Source: a virus (lineage: Duplodnaviria > Caudoviricetes). From it: a stretch of 53,672 nt of DNA. Positions within the stretch are counted from its first letter, which is position 1; the number at the start of each line of letters is the position of its first letter. The stretch lies in the IMG/VR virus record IMGVR_UViG_3300027734_000094, positions 1 to 53,672 of that record, one strand, 5' to 3'. Of this stretch, positions 1 through 8,401 are shown one piece after another. The notes under the pieces were generated by a model. It did not search any database, was not told where the DNA came from, and saw nothing but the letters and a program-made list of their open reading frames with translations. The position numbers and the translations under genes were made by a program.

Positions 1-30
1 TGACTGGTAATAACAAGAAGGAGCAAGACT

Positions 31-915
31 ATGGGCGTTAAGGTTAAATTCGCAAACGCGCACAACGTATTCAAGACAGCACTGGAGGGTGAAGAGCGCT
101 TCGAACGCAACGACCCTTCAAAACTGTATGTAAACCCGCATACGCAGCTACTCATCGACAAGCTGCTTCTGCGCAACCCTGCATGGGAGTTCTGGGCGTC
201 TGACTTCGCCTCTACCGCAACACCGGACAAGCACATCCACTCTCGCTTTGAGGTGATGTCAGACGGCGAAAGGCTGGGCTGGTTTGGTTCCGATAAGAAT
301 TGGAGGTCTAACGAGCCGAGGTACGAGTTCGACTGCGACCGGCTCAAGACGAAGCGTCAGAAGAGCACTACACCGCACACCAAAGACCTCAACAAGGCCG
401 CGAAGACCATCCTCGGGAGTATGTATAACCGGACGCCCGCTGAACGCGCGCGGACGGCTATGAGCGCTGTATCGACAGCGGTAGGCCGGTCACTGTATCA
501 GGCAGAGAGTCGTTACCGTGTAACGCTCGATACGCTGGCACCGTACATGGTGGAGTTTGTAGCAGCGCGCTGGGAGGAGTTTTGTGCAGTGACACTGCCC
601 AAACCAGCAGATGCGGCTCGCGCGGTGCTGCTAGATAGGAAGCAGGCTGCGGCAGATGTCAACACTATCAACGCCCCCTTGGCTGCAAACAAAGGCACAG
701 TGCTTACCGACGCCGGGGCGGCATATGTAGTGTCGAGGATGGGTAACCCAGATGAGGCGCGGATCGTGCGTCTCGACGAGATGAGCGACAAGCTCAAAGG
801 CTCACTGGGCATCCTCAAGTTGTTGGAGCCCAAGCAGTTTGCGACCGGCATTGGTATGCGGGTAGACCCGACGACGTACTACGTGGTGGACGTGGATGAG
901 CAGCAACAGCCTTGA
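31..915 (+). CDS. hypothetical phage early protein
   Basis: 294-aa ORF with AAGGAG RBS; no recognised motif. Confidence 0.75.
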   Translation: MGVKVKFANAHNVFKTALEGEERFERNDPSKLYVNPHTQLLIDKLLLRNPAWEFWASDFASTATPDKHIHSRFEVMSDGERLGWFGSDKNWRSNEPRYEFDCDRLKTKRQKSTTPHTKDLNKAAKTILGSMYNRTPAERARTAMSAVSTAVGRSLYQAESRYRVTLDTLAPYMVEFVAARWEEFCAVTLPKPADAARAVLLDRKQAAADVNTINAPLAANKGTVLTDAGAAYVVSRMGNPDEARIVRLDEMSDKLKGSLGILKLLEPKQFATGIGMRVDPTTYYVVDVDEQQQP

Positions 916-1120
916 GCTCCTGCGTAAGGAGCTAGAGCGCTGGCAAGGCGTAGCCTGCCCGGTCGAGAAGACCGGCAGGCACCCTCGCCTGTGGGTGGAG
1001 TACCGGGGTACAAAGAAGTTCGTGCCCTTCAGCTCCACCCACGTGGGTAAGTACGGACTTATGCAGAAGGTAACGCAGTTACGTCGTGTGCTGCGAGAAA
1101 TAGGAGCTAAACGTGGATAA
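896..1120 (+). CDS. small protein, possible HicA-like (dsRBD) fold
   Basis: 74 aa, helix then G-R-H-P-x-L strands then basic C-terminal helix; pattern similarity only. Confidence 0.45.
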   Translation: MSSNSLELLRKELERWQGVACPVEKTGRHPRLWVEYRGTKKFVPFSSTHVGKYGLMQKVTQLRRVLREIGAKRG

Positions 1121-1271
1121 AAGATCAAGAGGACGCCCCAGACTCCCCGAGGGCGAGAAGCTGGTGGTTGTGGGAGTGCGCCTGCCGCAGTGGGTGATTG
1201 ACGCCTGCCGTGAGGAGGGCAACCTCTCTACCGTCATCCGCAAAGCGCTGACCGAGCACCTTCGCACTTGA
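1113..1271 (+). CDS. ribbon-helix-helix (CopG/Arc-like) DNA-binding protein, absent from ORF track
   Basis: Hand-translated GTG..TGA: MDKRSRGRPRLPEGEKLVVVGVRLPQWVIDACREEGNLSTVIRKALTEHLRT; AGGAG RBS; strand VGVRL plus S-x-V-I-R-x-A-L helix. Confidence 0.7.
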   Translation: MDKRSRGRPRLPEGEKLVVVGVRLPQWVIDACREEGNLSTVIRKALTEHLRT

Positions 1272-1296
1272 CACTGTCTAATGAGGGGGTAAAACT
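1268..1296 (+). promoter_or_regulatory. sigma70-type promoter with near-palindrome over the -35
   Basis: TTGACA-C-TGTCTA then GGGTAAAACT; same architecture at 8278. Confidence 0.6.
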
Positions 1297-1320
1297 TCTT
1301 ACATAACCAAGGAGCAAACA

Positions 1321-1638
1321 ATGGCACAGACGCCCGAGAAACGCGTCAAGACCAAGGTCGAGGCCATCCTCAAGAGCGAGGGCGTCTACTACTTCTTCCC
1401 CGCTACGCACGGTTATGGGCGTAGCGGGGTTCCCGACATCGTGGCCTGCGTCAACGGCTGCTTCCTCGCTATCGAGTGCAAGGCAGGGACCAACAAGCCC
1501 ACTGCCCTGCAGGTCCGCGAGATCGAGTCTATCCGCAAGGCGGGCGGTTGTGCCGTCGTGACCAACGAAGAAAACTGGGACGAGGTGCGCGCCCTCGTCC
1601 GCAATCTGAAGGAGAGCAACCATGGACAGGCATTATAG
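1321..1638 (+). CDS. VRR-NUC family nuclease / Holliday junction resolvase
   Basis: PE..VK, GVPDI, IECKA, PTALQ motifs. Confidence 0.9.
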   Translation: MAQTPEKRVKTKVEAILKSEGVYYFFPATHGYGRSGVPDIVACVNGCFLAIECKAGTNKPTALQVREIESIRKAGGCAVVTNEENWDEVRALVRNLKESNHGQAL

Positions 1639-1816
1639 GACACGTTGTACCGTGCCGATGATAAACCGGCTGACCCGTAAGACCGACTTCGAAATCGTTC
1701 TGTACGGCATACAAGTCCGCGACCTCTGCACGGTACCCAACGAGATCGCTGCGTCGTTAGCACGGCGCTACCCGGACCATATCAGCTCCATATTCTTAGT
1801 TAGGGAAGGAGTGTAG
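1622..1816 (+). CDS. hypothetical protein
   Basis: 64-aa ORF with GGAG RBS, tiled in operon. Confidence 0.5.
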   Translation: MDRHYRTRCTVPMINRLTRKTDFEIVLYGIQVRDLCTVPNEIAASLARRYPDHISSIFLVREGV

Positions 1817-1820
1817 CAAC

Positions 1821-2012
1821 GTGAGGTTTGGTAACCCCGACAAGTACGGGCTTCCGGATATACCAGTAGGGGAGACTAAGGAGTTCCACTCCCCTACTCG
1901 CGAGCTGCACTCAAGGATCAAGCGCTCTGCGCACAACTACAACGAACGTACTAATATGTACTTCGGTACCCGGATGAAGGACGGCGTACTCTACGTGGTG
2001 AGGATCAGGTAA
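1821..2012 (+). CDS. small conserved-type phage protein (ends VxRxx)
   Basis: Pattern VGE..F...YVVRIR resembles 12866..13063; AAGGAG RBS. Confidence 0.6.
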   Translation: MRFGNPDKYGLPDIPVGETKEFHSPTRELHSRIKRSAHNYNERTNMYFGTRMKDGVLYVVRIR

Positions 2013-2272
2013 TGGCTACACCTATAACTGAGAACGATATGAAGAATATGGCGGAGGAAGCTCTCAGCGACGTTTTTGATGCCATCAAGAACCGTAGATG
2101 GACAGTCTTCGTGGACTACGACGTGTCAGAGATGCGCTGGCGCATCGCCGAAGTGAAGCCGTGGCATATATTCGGCACCTACGACGCTACAAAGACTATC
2201 CACATCGACAACGCACCTGACGAGCTTGGTGCTTATGCGCAAGCGCTAGAGAGGTTGGAGCAGAGCAAATGA
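2012..2272 (+). CDS. hypothetical protein
   Basis: TAATG and ATGA translational coupling to both neighbours. Confidence 0.65.
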   Translation: MATPITENDMKNMAEEALSDVFDAIKNRRWTVFVDYDVSEMRWRIAEVKPWHIFGTYDATKTIHIDNAPDELGAYAQALERLEQSK

Positions 2273-4089
2273 GGATTATCACCTACGACTTCGAAACTTT
2301 CTACGACAAGGCGTTCTCCCTGTCGAAGATGACTACGGAAGAATATATCCGTGATGACATCTTTGAGGTGATCGGCGTTTCCGTGAAGGTGAACGACGGC
2401 GAGCCGTGCTGGTGCTCAGGCACTCGCAACCAGATCAGCAGGTTTCTTGAGCAGTTCCCGTGGGATGACGCGCTGGCCGTGGCGCATAACGGTATGTTCG
2501 ACGCTGCCATCCTTAACTGGCACTTCGACATCATCCCCAAGATGCATGCCGATACGCTCTCGATGCTGCGCGCCATCGACGGCCCCGATGCGGGTAACAG
2601 TCTGGCCAAGGCAGCGGAGCGCTACGGGCTGGGCGTGAAGGGTACGGAGGTAGTCAACGCGCTGGGTAAGCGCAGGCTGGACTTCACACCCCAAGAGCTA
2701 GCCAGCTACGGCCTGTACTGCGTCAATGACGTAGAGCTGACCTATAAACTGTTTGCTGCGCTGGCTCCGCTGATGCCGAAGCTGGAGATGCGGCTGATCG
2801 ACCTGACGCTGCGTATGTTCACCGAGCCTAGGCTTGAGCTGGATACGGACGTGCTCACAGCGCACCTCAAGGATGTGCAGGAGAAGAAAGCCAAACTCAT
2901 GGAGGCCGTCGAGGCCGACAAGTCGGTGCTTATGAGCAACCCGCAACTGGCTCGCCTTCTGGGTAGCATGGAGGTCAATCCACCTATGAAGATCAGCCCC
3001 ACGACCGGCAAGCTAACTTACGCCTTCGGTAAGAACGACGAGGGCTTCAAGGCCCTGCTGGAACACCACAATCCGGGGGTGCAGGCGGTTGTCGCTGCCC
3101 GTCTGGGGGTAAAGTCTACCCTTGAGGAGACGCGCACCGAGCGCTTCCTGCGCATCGCCGAGCGTGGGCCTCTCCCTGTCCCGCTACGCTATTATGCAGC
3201 GCACACGGGCCGCTGGGGTGGCGATGACAAGGTGAACCTTCAGAACCTGCCGCGCAAGTCACCGCTCAAGAAAGCTATGAAGGCACCCAAGGGTTATCTG
3301 CTCATCGACTGCGACTCTTCGCAGATCGAAGCGCGCATCCTTGCGTGGCTGGCTGGGCAGGACGACCTCGTAGCTGCATTCGATGCAGGCGAGGATGTCT
3401 ATAAGATCATGGCTAGCGCCATATATGGTGTGCCTATTGAGGAGGTTACTCCCGAGCAGCGGTTCGTGGGCAAGACTACTATCCTAGGTTGCGGCTATGG
3501 CATGGGGCATGTGAAGTTCCGCGCGCAGCTCAAGACGTTCGGTGTGGACATGTACGAGGCAGAGTGCCGCCGCATCATCATGGTGTATCGTCAGACCTAC
3601 CCCAAGATCGTCAAGCTGTGGGAGCAGGCGGGGCGCGCGTTGACCGCACTTATGGACCAGAGGACCGCGCCTATAGGGCGTGAAGGGGTTGTGACCGTGG
3701 ACCTTATGGGTATCCGCCTGCCTAACGGCATGTACCTGCGCTATCCCAACCTGCGCATCGAGGTGAACAAGGCGACGCTCGTGGAGGAAGTTGTCTACGA
3801 CACTAAGAAGGGCCGCGCGACGATCTCTACCCGCATTTACGGTGGCAAAGTCGTCGAGAACATCTGTCAGGCGCTGGCGCGCATCGTGATCGGTGAGCAG
3901 ATGCTCATGGTCGCCCGCAAGTTGCCGGTAGTTATGACCGTACACGATGCCGTGGGTGCGCTGACACCCGAGGGCGAAGCTATCGAGAACCGCAAGTTCG
4001 TCGAAGACTGCATGCGCATCCGCCCCAAGTGGGCGTTGGGCCTGCCGCTTAACTGTGAGAGCAAGATAGGAGCAAACTATGGAACCTAG
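2269..4089 (+). CDS. polA: DNA polymerase family A (3'-5' exonuclease + polymerase, no 5'-3' exonuclease)
   Basis: DFET, AHNGMFD, TGRWGG, NLQNLP, motif A DSSQIEAR, motif B RFVGKTTILGCGYG, motif C VHD. Confidence 0.95.
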   Translation: MRIITYDFETFYDKAFSLSKMTTEEYIRDDIFEVIGVSVKVNDGEPCWCSGTRNQISRFLEQFPWDDALAVAHNGMFDAAILNWHFDIIPKMHADTLSMLRAIDGPDAGNSLAKAAERYGLGVKGTEVVNALGKRRLDFTPQELASYGLYCVNDVELTYKLFAALAPLMPKLEMRLIDLTLRMFTEPRLELDTDVLTAHLKDVQEKKAKLMEAVEADKSVLMSNPQLARLLGSMEVNPPMKISPTTGKLTYAFGKNDEGFKALLEHHNPGVQAVVAARLGVKSTLEETRTERFLRIAERGPLPVPLRYYAAHTGRWGGDDKVNLQNLPRKSPLKKAMKAPKGYLLIDCDSSQIEARILAWLAGQDDLVAAFDAGEDVYKIMASAIYGVPIEEVTPEQRFVGKTTILGCGYGMGHVKFRAQLKTFGVDMYEAECRRIIMVYRQTYPKIVKLWEQAGRALTALMDQRTAPIGREGVVTVDLMGIRLPNGMYLRYPNLRIEVNKATLVEEVVYDTKKGRATISTRIYGGKVVENICQALARIVIGEQMLMVARKLPVVMTVHDAVGALTPEGEAIENRKFVEDCMRIRPKWALGLPLNCESKIGANYGT

Positions 4090-4729
4090 TCATACCTATA
4101 AAGAGGCGCTGCGCGGGCGTACACTCTTTGTCGATCCGCGTGGGGGCACCCGTTGCGGGCGCATGATCTGCGCCGAGTGCGGGGAGGTTGGCAGCGTTAA
4201 TTTCACCACCCTTCCGCCCCCGGAAATGCTCGATAAGAAGTTCGTGCAGAAGGGGTGGGAGGTTGATCCCAACACGTGCCCCAGCTGCGTTGTGAAGAAG
4301 AAGACTGCTAAGGCACTAGCTAAGAAGGAGCAGAAGGCCATGAATGCTATTACCACGAACGCGAAGCCTAACGGCACCCTGTCGGATAACCCGGTGCTCA
4401 AGGCAGTGAGTGCGGACACCCACAAGGCTACCGCCAAGATGCACCAGATGCTGGGCACCCACTTCGACGTCGATACCGGGCTTTACGCTGAAGGTTGGAA
4501 CGACGAGCGTGTCTCTAAGGAGAGTGGTATTTCCACTACCCACGTCACCGAGGTGCGCAACATCGCCTACGGCGAGCTCAAGGAGCCTGAGGAAATCACT
4601 CTGCTTCGCAAGGAGATCAAGTCCCTTAACGACCTGATTGGGGAAACCCTGATTGCCGCTCAGAAGGAGGTCAACGCTCTTAACAAGCGCGTGACTGAGC
4701 TCTGCACGAAGCTGGGCATCAAGCAATAA
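4079..4729 (+). CDS. hypothetical protein with CxxC..CxxC zinc ribbon and C-terminal coiled coil
   Basis: CAEC and CPSC pairs; heptad-like C-terminus; AGGAGCAAAC RBS. Confidence 0.7.
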   Translation: MEPSHTYKEALRGRTLFVDPRGGTRCGRMICAECGEVGSVNFTTLPPPEMLDKKFVQKGWEVDPNTCPSCVVKKKTAKALAKKEQKAMNAITTNAKPNGTLSDNPVLKAVSADTHKATAKMHQMLGTHFDVDTGLYAEGWNDERVSKESGISTTHVTEVRNIAYGELKEPEEITLLRKEIKSLNDLIGETLIAAQKEVNALNKRVTELCTKLGIKQ

Positions 4730-4757
4730 ACCGCCAAACTACCAAGGAGCAAACAAT

Positions 4758-5285
4758 ATGGTAAAGTCCCCCAATAAAGCCGCCAAAGTTATGGACGCGC
4801 TTAACGCACACCCTGAACTTGAAAACCACGAGATCGCCAAGAAGGTAGGATGCACTTCTACCTACGTGCGTATGATGCGTCGTAAGATGGTCCATGTGGA
4901 CGAGCCTGTGGAGTCGCTCGACATGAAGGAGGAACCTATGCTGCCGCTTGACCTGAACAATGCTCCTACACAGGAGGAGCTCGACGAAGTGCTGGAAGCA
5001 GCGTCCATCCTCAACCCTACTACTCTCGACGAGGTGCTCAACGAGCGTGGCTCGCGCTATGGCTCGTTCATCAAGCATGCCATTATCACGCAGCGTCTCA
5101 AGGCCGTGATGTCTGACACGCCCAACTGGATCAAGCTCGACGATGATATGGTGGAGTCGCTTGAGATGATCGCCCATAAGATGGGGCGCATCCTGAATGG
5201 TGACCCGTCCTACGCAGATAGCTGGGTGGATATCGCAGGCTACGCTCAACTGGTCGCCGACCGCCTGCAAGGGAAGGAACGCTAG
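4758..5285 (+). CDS. conserved phage protein: N-terminal HTH plus ERGxxYG..DSWxDIAGY domain
   Basis: EIAKKVGCTSTYV HTH; LNERGSRYGSF..HKMGRILNGDP..DSWVDIAGYA, a common phage domain of unknown function. Confidence 0.8.
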   Translation: MVKSPNKAAKVMDALNAHPELENHEIAKKVGCTSTYVRMMRRKMVHVDEPVESLDMKEEPMLPLDLNNAPTQEELDEVLEAASILNPTTLDEVLNERGSRYGSFIKHAIITQRLKAVMSDTPNWIKLDDDMVESLEMIAHKMGRILNGDPSYADSWVDIAGYAQLVADRLQGKER

Positions 5286-5286
5286 G

Positions 5287-5421
5287 GTGGGTGAACTCCT
5301 ACTCTATGGCATCACAGCCATTTTCGTGTTCGCAGCAGGGTATGTAACTGGTATGCTGCGTGGCTATATTCACGCCCTCCCCAAGCGGGATGAACGTGGC
5401 CGTTTCGCTAAAAAGGATTAA
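5287..5421 (+). CDS. small single-pass membrane protein
   Basis: GTG start; hydrophobic LLLYGITAIFVFAAGYV; C-terminal RDERGRF. Confidence 0.55.
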   Translation: MGELLLYGITAIFVFAAGYVTGMLRGYIHALPKRDERGRFAKKD

Positions 5422-5424
5422 CAA

Positions 5425-6114
5425 GTGACCGCGTGGAGCTACTCTTCGATAAAAATCTTCGAGCAGTGCCCGAAGAAATACTTCCATCTGAAGGTAGCTA
5501 AGGACGTCAAGGACGATCCGGGTGAGGCGGCAGACTACGGTACTGCCGTCCACCTCGCGGCGGAGGAGTTCGTGCGGGATGGCAAGCCCATCCCCGAGAA
5601 GTTTGCCTATGTGCGGCCCATCGTCGAACGGCTGGCCGCGCTGCCGGGTGAGAAGCATGCCGAGCTCAAGCTGGGGCTGGCCAAGACCAAGTCGGGGTTC
5701 ACCCCTTGCGACTTCTTCGATAAGAACGTCTGGTGGCGGGGCATTGCTGACCTGCTGGTTATCGACGGTCACCGCGCATGGTGCGTGGACTATAAGACCG
5801 GGAAGAGCGCTCGTTACGCAGATACCAAACAGTTGGACCTGCTGGCTGGTGCAGTGTTCACGCACTTTCCTGAGGTCGTGAAGATCAAGTCGTCACTCAT
5901 CTACGTGGTTAGCGGAGAGCTGATCCCTAAGACGCACGTCATCACCGAGCGTAGCAATTACCTGTCCGTGTTCGACCCGCAGCTGGACCAGCTGGAGGCG
6001 GCGATGGATAATGGGGTATGGAACCCCAAAACTTCTGGCTTATGTAAGCGACATTGTCCTGTTATGCAGTGTGAGCATAATGGGAGAAATGGATATGGCT
6101 CGCGCCGCTACTGA
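5425..6114 (+). CDS. PD-(D/E)XK exonuclease (Cas4/RecB-like)
   Basis: WSYSS..F..CP, GTAVH, GIADL..VDYKTGK, QL, C-terminal Cys cluster. Confidence 0.9.
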   Translation: MTAWSYSSIKIFEQCPKKYFHLKVAKDVKDDPGEAADYGTAVHLAAEEFVRDGKPIPEKFAYVRPIVERLAALPGEKHAELKLGLAKTKSGFTPCDFFDKNVWWRGIADLLVIDGHRAWCVDYKTGKSARYADTKQLDLLAGAVFTHFPEVVKIKSSLIYVVSGELIPKTHVITERSNYLSVFDPQLDQLEAAMDNGVWNPKTSGLCKRHCPVMQCEHNGRNGYGSRRY

Positions 6115-6211
6115 TATCACAGGTAAGCGTTTTGGTAGGTGGGTAGCTTTGTGTTATATTCCGGGCACACGCAGAGAGCGCAAGCGTCCCTATAAACCTA
6201 GGAGGAAGTGA
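6095..6211 (+). pseudogene. truncated N-terminus of an HNH/AP2-type homing endonuclease
   Basis: MARAATDITGKRFGRWVAL matches the DxTGxRFGRxxV start of such proteins but stops after 38 aa. Confidence 0.5.
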
Positions 6212-6447
6212 TGTCGGAGCGGTTAGTTCGGCTGAAGGACTCCTTAGACGAGTACCACCAACAACGCGCGGATAAGCACGGCTGGCTGTATATTGTCACC
6301 AACTATGACACTAGCAGGCGCGCTATAATGTATCAGAGGGAGTTGAGGCGGCTCGAAGGCTTTTACGAGGCTAGGTCGCTAGCAACGGGTGTGATATGTA
6401 CGTTGCTGCCCGAGTTCGTCGAGGAAATAGCCGATGCCGAAAAATAG
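6208..6447 (+). CDS. hypothetical protein
   Basis: 79 aa, GGAGG RBS, overlaps neighbours. Confidence 0.55.
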   Translation: MMSERLVRLKDSLDEYHQQRADKHGWLYIVTNYDTSRRAIMYQRELRRLEGFYEARSLATGVICTLLPEFVEEIADAEK

Positions 6448-6718
6448 GGACTACCGCGCCGAGTATGATTCATATCAAGGCAAACCCGAGCAGATCAAGA
6501 ATCGCACCGCGCGCAACGCTGCGCGCCGTAAGGCTATGAAGGCGGGCAAGGTGAAGAAGGGCGATGGAAAGGACGTCGCCCACATTGTTGCACTAGACAA
6601 AGGCGGTACGAACAAGCAAGGTGTGCGGATCGAAAGCAAAGCTGCGAACCGCTCGTTCCTCCGCGACAAGAAGGGTAACCTCGTGTCGGAGACCAGCAAG
6701 CGGGAACGCAAGCGGTAA
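6434..6718 (+). CDS. HNH-like endonuclease (small, basic)
   Basis: RDY..EY, GDGKDVAH..LDKGGTN, ANRS. Confidence 0.8.
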   Translation: MPKNRDYRAEYDSYQGKPEQIKNRTARNAARRKAMKAGKVKKGDGKDVAHIVALDKGGTNKQGVRIESKAANRSFLRDKKGNLVSETSKRERKR

Positions 6719-6735
6719 CCACACAGGAGCAAACC

Positions 6736-8274
6736 TTGCAGATCGTTAACGACTCTGTCCTGCTAGTAGACGCAGCCGACCCTACATCCATCCTCTCCCG
6801 CATCAAGAAGAGCAAGATGGTCGATGACCACGTTGCGGTCTGGTGGGGTCAGAAGGAAGCCGAAGCGCTCGCCGATCTCAAGCTAGAAGCGCCGTCCCCC
6901 ATCCTGCGGGACTACACGTGGACAGGGAAGTTCACCCCCTTCGACCACCAGAAGGCAACTTCTTCATTTCTCTCAATCCGCAAACGCGCGTTCTGCTTCA
7001 ACGAGCAGGGCACCGGTAAGACTGCTAGCGTCATATGGGCGGCGGATTACCTGATGAAGCTGGGGCTGATTAAGCGCGTACTGGTGCTGTGCCCTCTGTC
7101 CATCATGAAGTCGGCGTGGCAGCGCGACCTGTTTACCTTTGCTATGCACCGCTCGTGCGGCGTAGCGCACGGCACACCGACGCAGCGGAAGAAGGTCGTC
7201 GAGTCTGGCGCGGAGTTCGTCATCCTCAACTTTGACGGGCTGGCTGTGGTCAAGGACGAGGTAGCGGCAGGTGGCTTCGACCTGATCGTGGTGGACGAGG
7301 CCAACGCCTACAAGAACGCGCAGACCAACCGCTGGAAGGTGATGAACCAGCTCCTCAAGGCCACCGACCCGCGCCTGTGGATGCTAACCGGGACGCCTGC
7401 AGCGCAGTCCCCCGTAGATGCCTACGGCCTTGCCAAGCTGGTCAACCCCGAGAATTGCCCCCGGTACTACACCGAGTTCCGTGCCACGGTCCTGACCAAG
7501 GTCACGACGTTCAAGTGGGTCCCCAAACCCACGGCTCCGGCCTACGTGCATAATATCCTGCAGCCTGCTATCCGCTTCGAGAAGAAGGATTGCCTCGACC
7601 TGCCCCCGGTCACGCACGTAGAGCGCGATGCGCCACTCACCCCCCAACAGATGAAGTACTACAAGGTGCTCCGCGACGAGATGCTGCTAGAGGCAGCGGG
7701 TGAGGAAGTCAGTGCGGTCAACGCAGCGACCAAACTGAACAAGCTCCTGCAGATCAGCGGCGGCGCGGTCTACACCGACGAGGGCTCAGTGCTGGAGTTC
7801 GACGTGTCGAACCGGCTTAACGCGGTCCTAGAAGTCATTGAGGAGGCCAGCCACAAGGTGCTGGTCTTTATCCCCTTCACCCACACCATCGAGCTGCTTC
7901 GCGCTAGGCTGGAGAAGGAAGGTATCTCCTGCGGCGTCATCAACGGCAGCGTGTCGGTGAACAAGCGCAGCGATATTGTGCACCAGTTCCAGACCCAGAA
8001 GGACCCGCATGTGCTGCTCATTCAGCCGCAGGCTGCAAGTCATGGCCTGACGCTGACGGCGGCGGATACTATCATCTGGTACGCGCCTGTGACGAGTGTG
8101 GAGACCTACCTGCAAGCCAACGCCCGCATCGACCGTCCGGGGCAGAAGCACAACATGACCATCGTGCACATCAAGGGCAGCCCGGTCGAAGAGAAGCTGT
8201 ATACGATGCTACGTGGGAACATCGACAATCACCAGAAGCTGATCGATCTTTATCGTGATCTGGTGAGCGCGTAA
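6736..8274 (+). CDS. SNF2-family helicase
   Basis: EQGTGKT Walker A, VVDEAN, LTGTP, HGLTLTAA, QANARIDRPGQ; TTG start after AGGAG. Confidence 0.93.
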   Translation: MQIVNDSVLLVDAADPTSILSRIKKSKMVDDHVAVWWGQKEAEALADLKLEAPSPILRDYTWTGKFTPFDHQKATSSFLSIRKRAFCFNEQGTGKTASVIWAADYLMKLGLIKRVLVLCPLSIMKSAWQRDLFTFAMHRSCGVAHGTPTQRKKVVESGAEFVILNFDGLAVVKDEVAAGGFDLIVVDEANAYKNAQTNRWKVMNQLLKATDPRLWMLTGTPAAQSPVDAYGLAKLVNPENCPRYYTEFRATVLTKVTTFKWVPKPTAPAYVHNILQPAIRFEKKDCLDLPPVTHVERDAPLTPQQMKYYKVLRDEMLLEAAGEEVSAVNAATKLNKLLQISGGAVYTDEGSVLEFDVSNRLNAVLEVIEEASHKVLVFIPFTHTIELLRARLEKEGISCGVINGSVSVNKRSDIVHQFQTQKDPHVLLIQPQAASHGLTLTAADTIIWYAPVTSVETYLQANARIDRPGQKHNMTIVHIKGSPVEEKLYTMLRGNIDNHQKLIDLYRDLVSA

Positions 8275-8277
8275 GGC

Positions 8278-8305
8278 TTGACACTGTCAAATCTCAGGGT
8301 AATGT
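8278..8305 (+). promoter_or_regulatory. sigma70-type promoter with perfect palindrome TTGACA-C-TGTCAA
   Basis: TTGACA (8278-8283), 16-nt spacer, TAATGT; directly upstream of the tRNA-like element. Confidence 0.6.
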
Positions 8306-8312
8306 AAGGGAT

Positions 8313-8384
8313 ACCGGGGTGGCGAAATTGGCAACGCACCCTCTTACGTGAGGGAGAGTGGGGGTTCGAGTCCCTCCTCCGGGT
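8313..8384 (+). tRNA. atypical tRNA-like element (6-nt anticodon loop TTACGT, Arg-ACG-like or pseudo-tRNA)
   Basis: Acceptor CCGGGG/CTCCGG, T8-G9, D arm GCG..TGG..CGC, anticodon stem CCCTC/GAGGG, T arm GGGGG-TTCGAGT-CCCTC; no encoded CCA. Confidence 0.75.
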
Positions 8385-8401
8385 ACAACAAGGAGCAAAC
8401 T

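Noticed and set aside
5425-6114. Cas4-like gene as evidence of CRISPR-Cas
   Set aside because: Stand-alone phage exonuclease in a replication module; no cas1, cas2 or array
8348-8401. N-terminal extension of the 153-aa ORF
   Set aside because: Overlaps the tRNA-like element; the ATG at 8402 has the RBS
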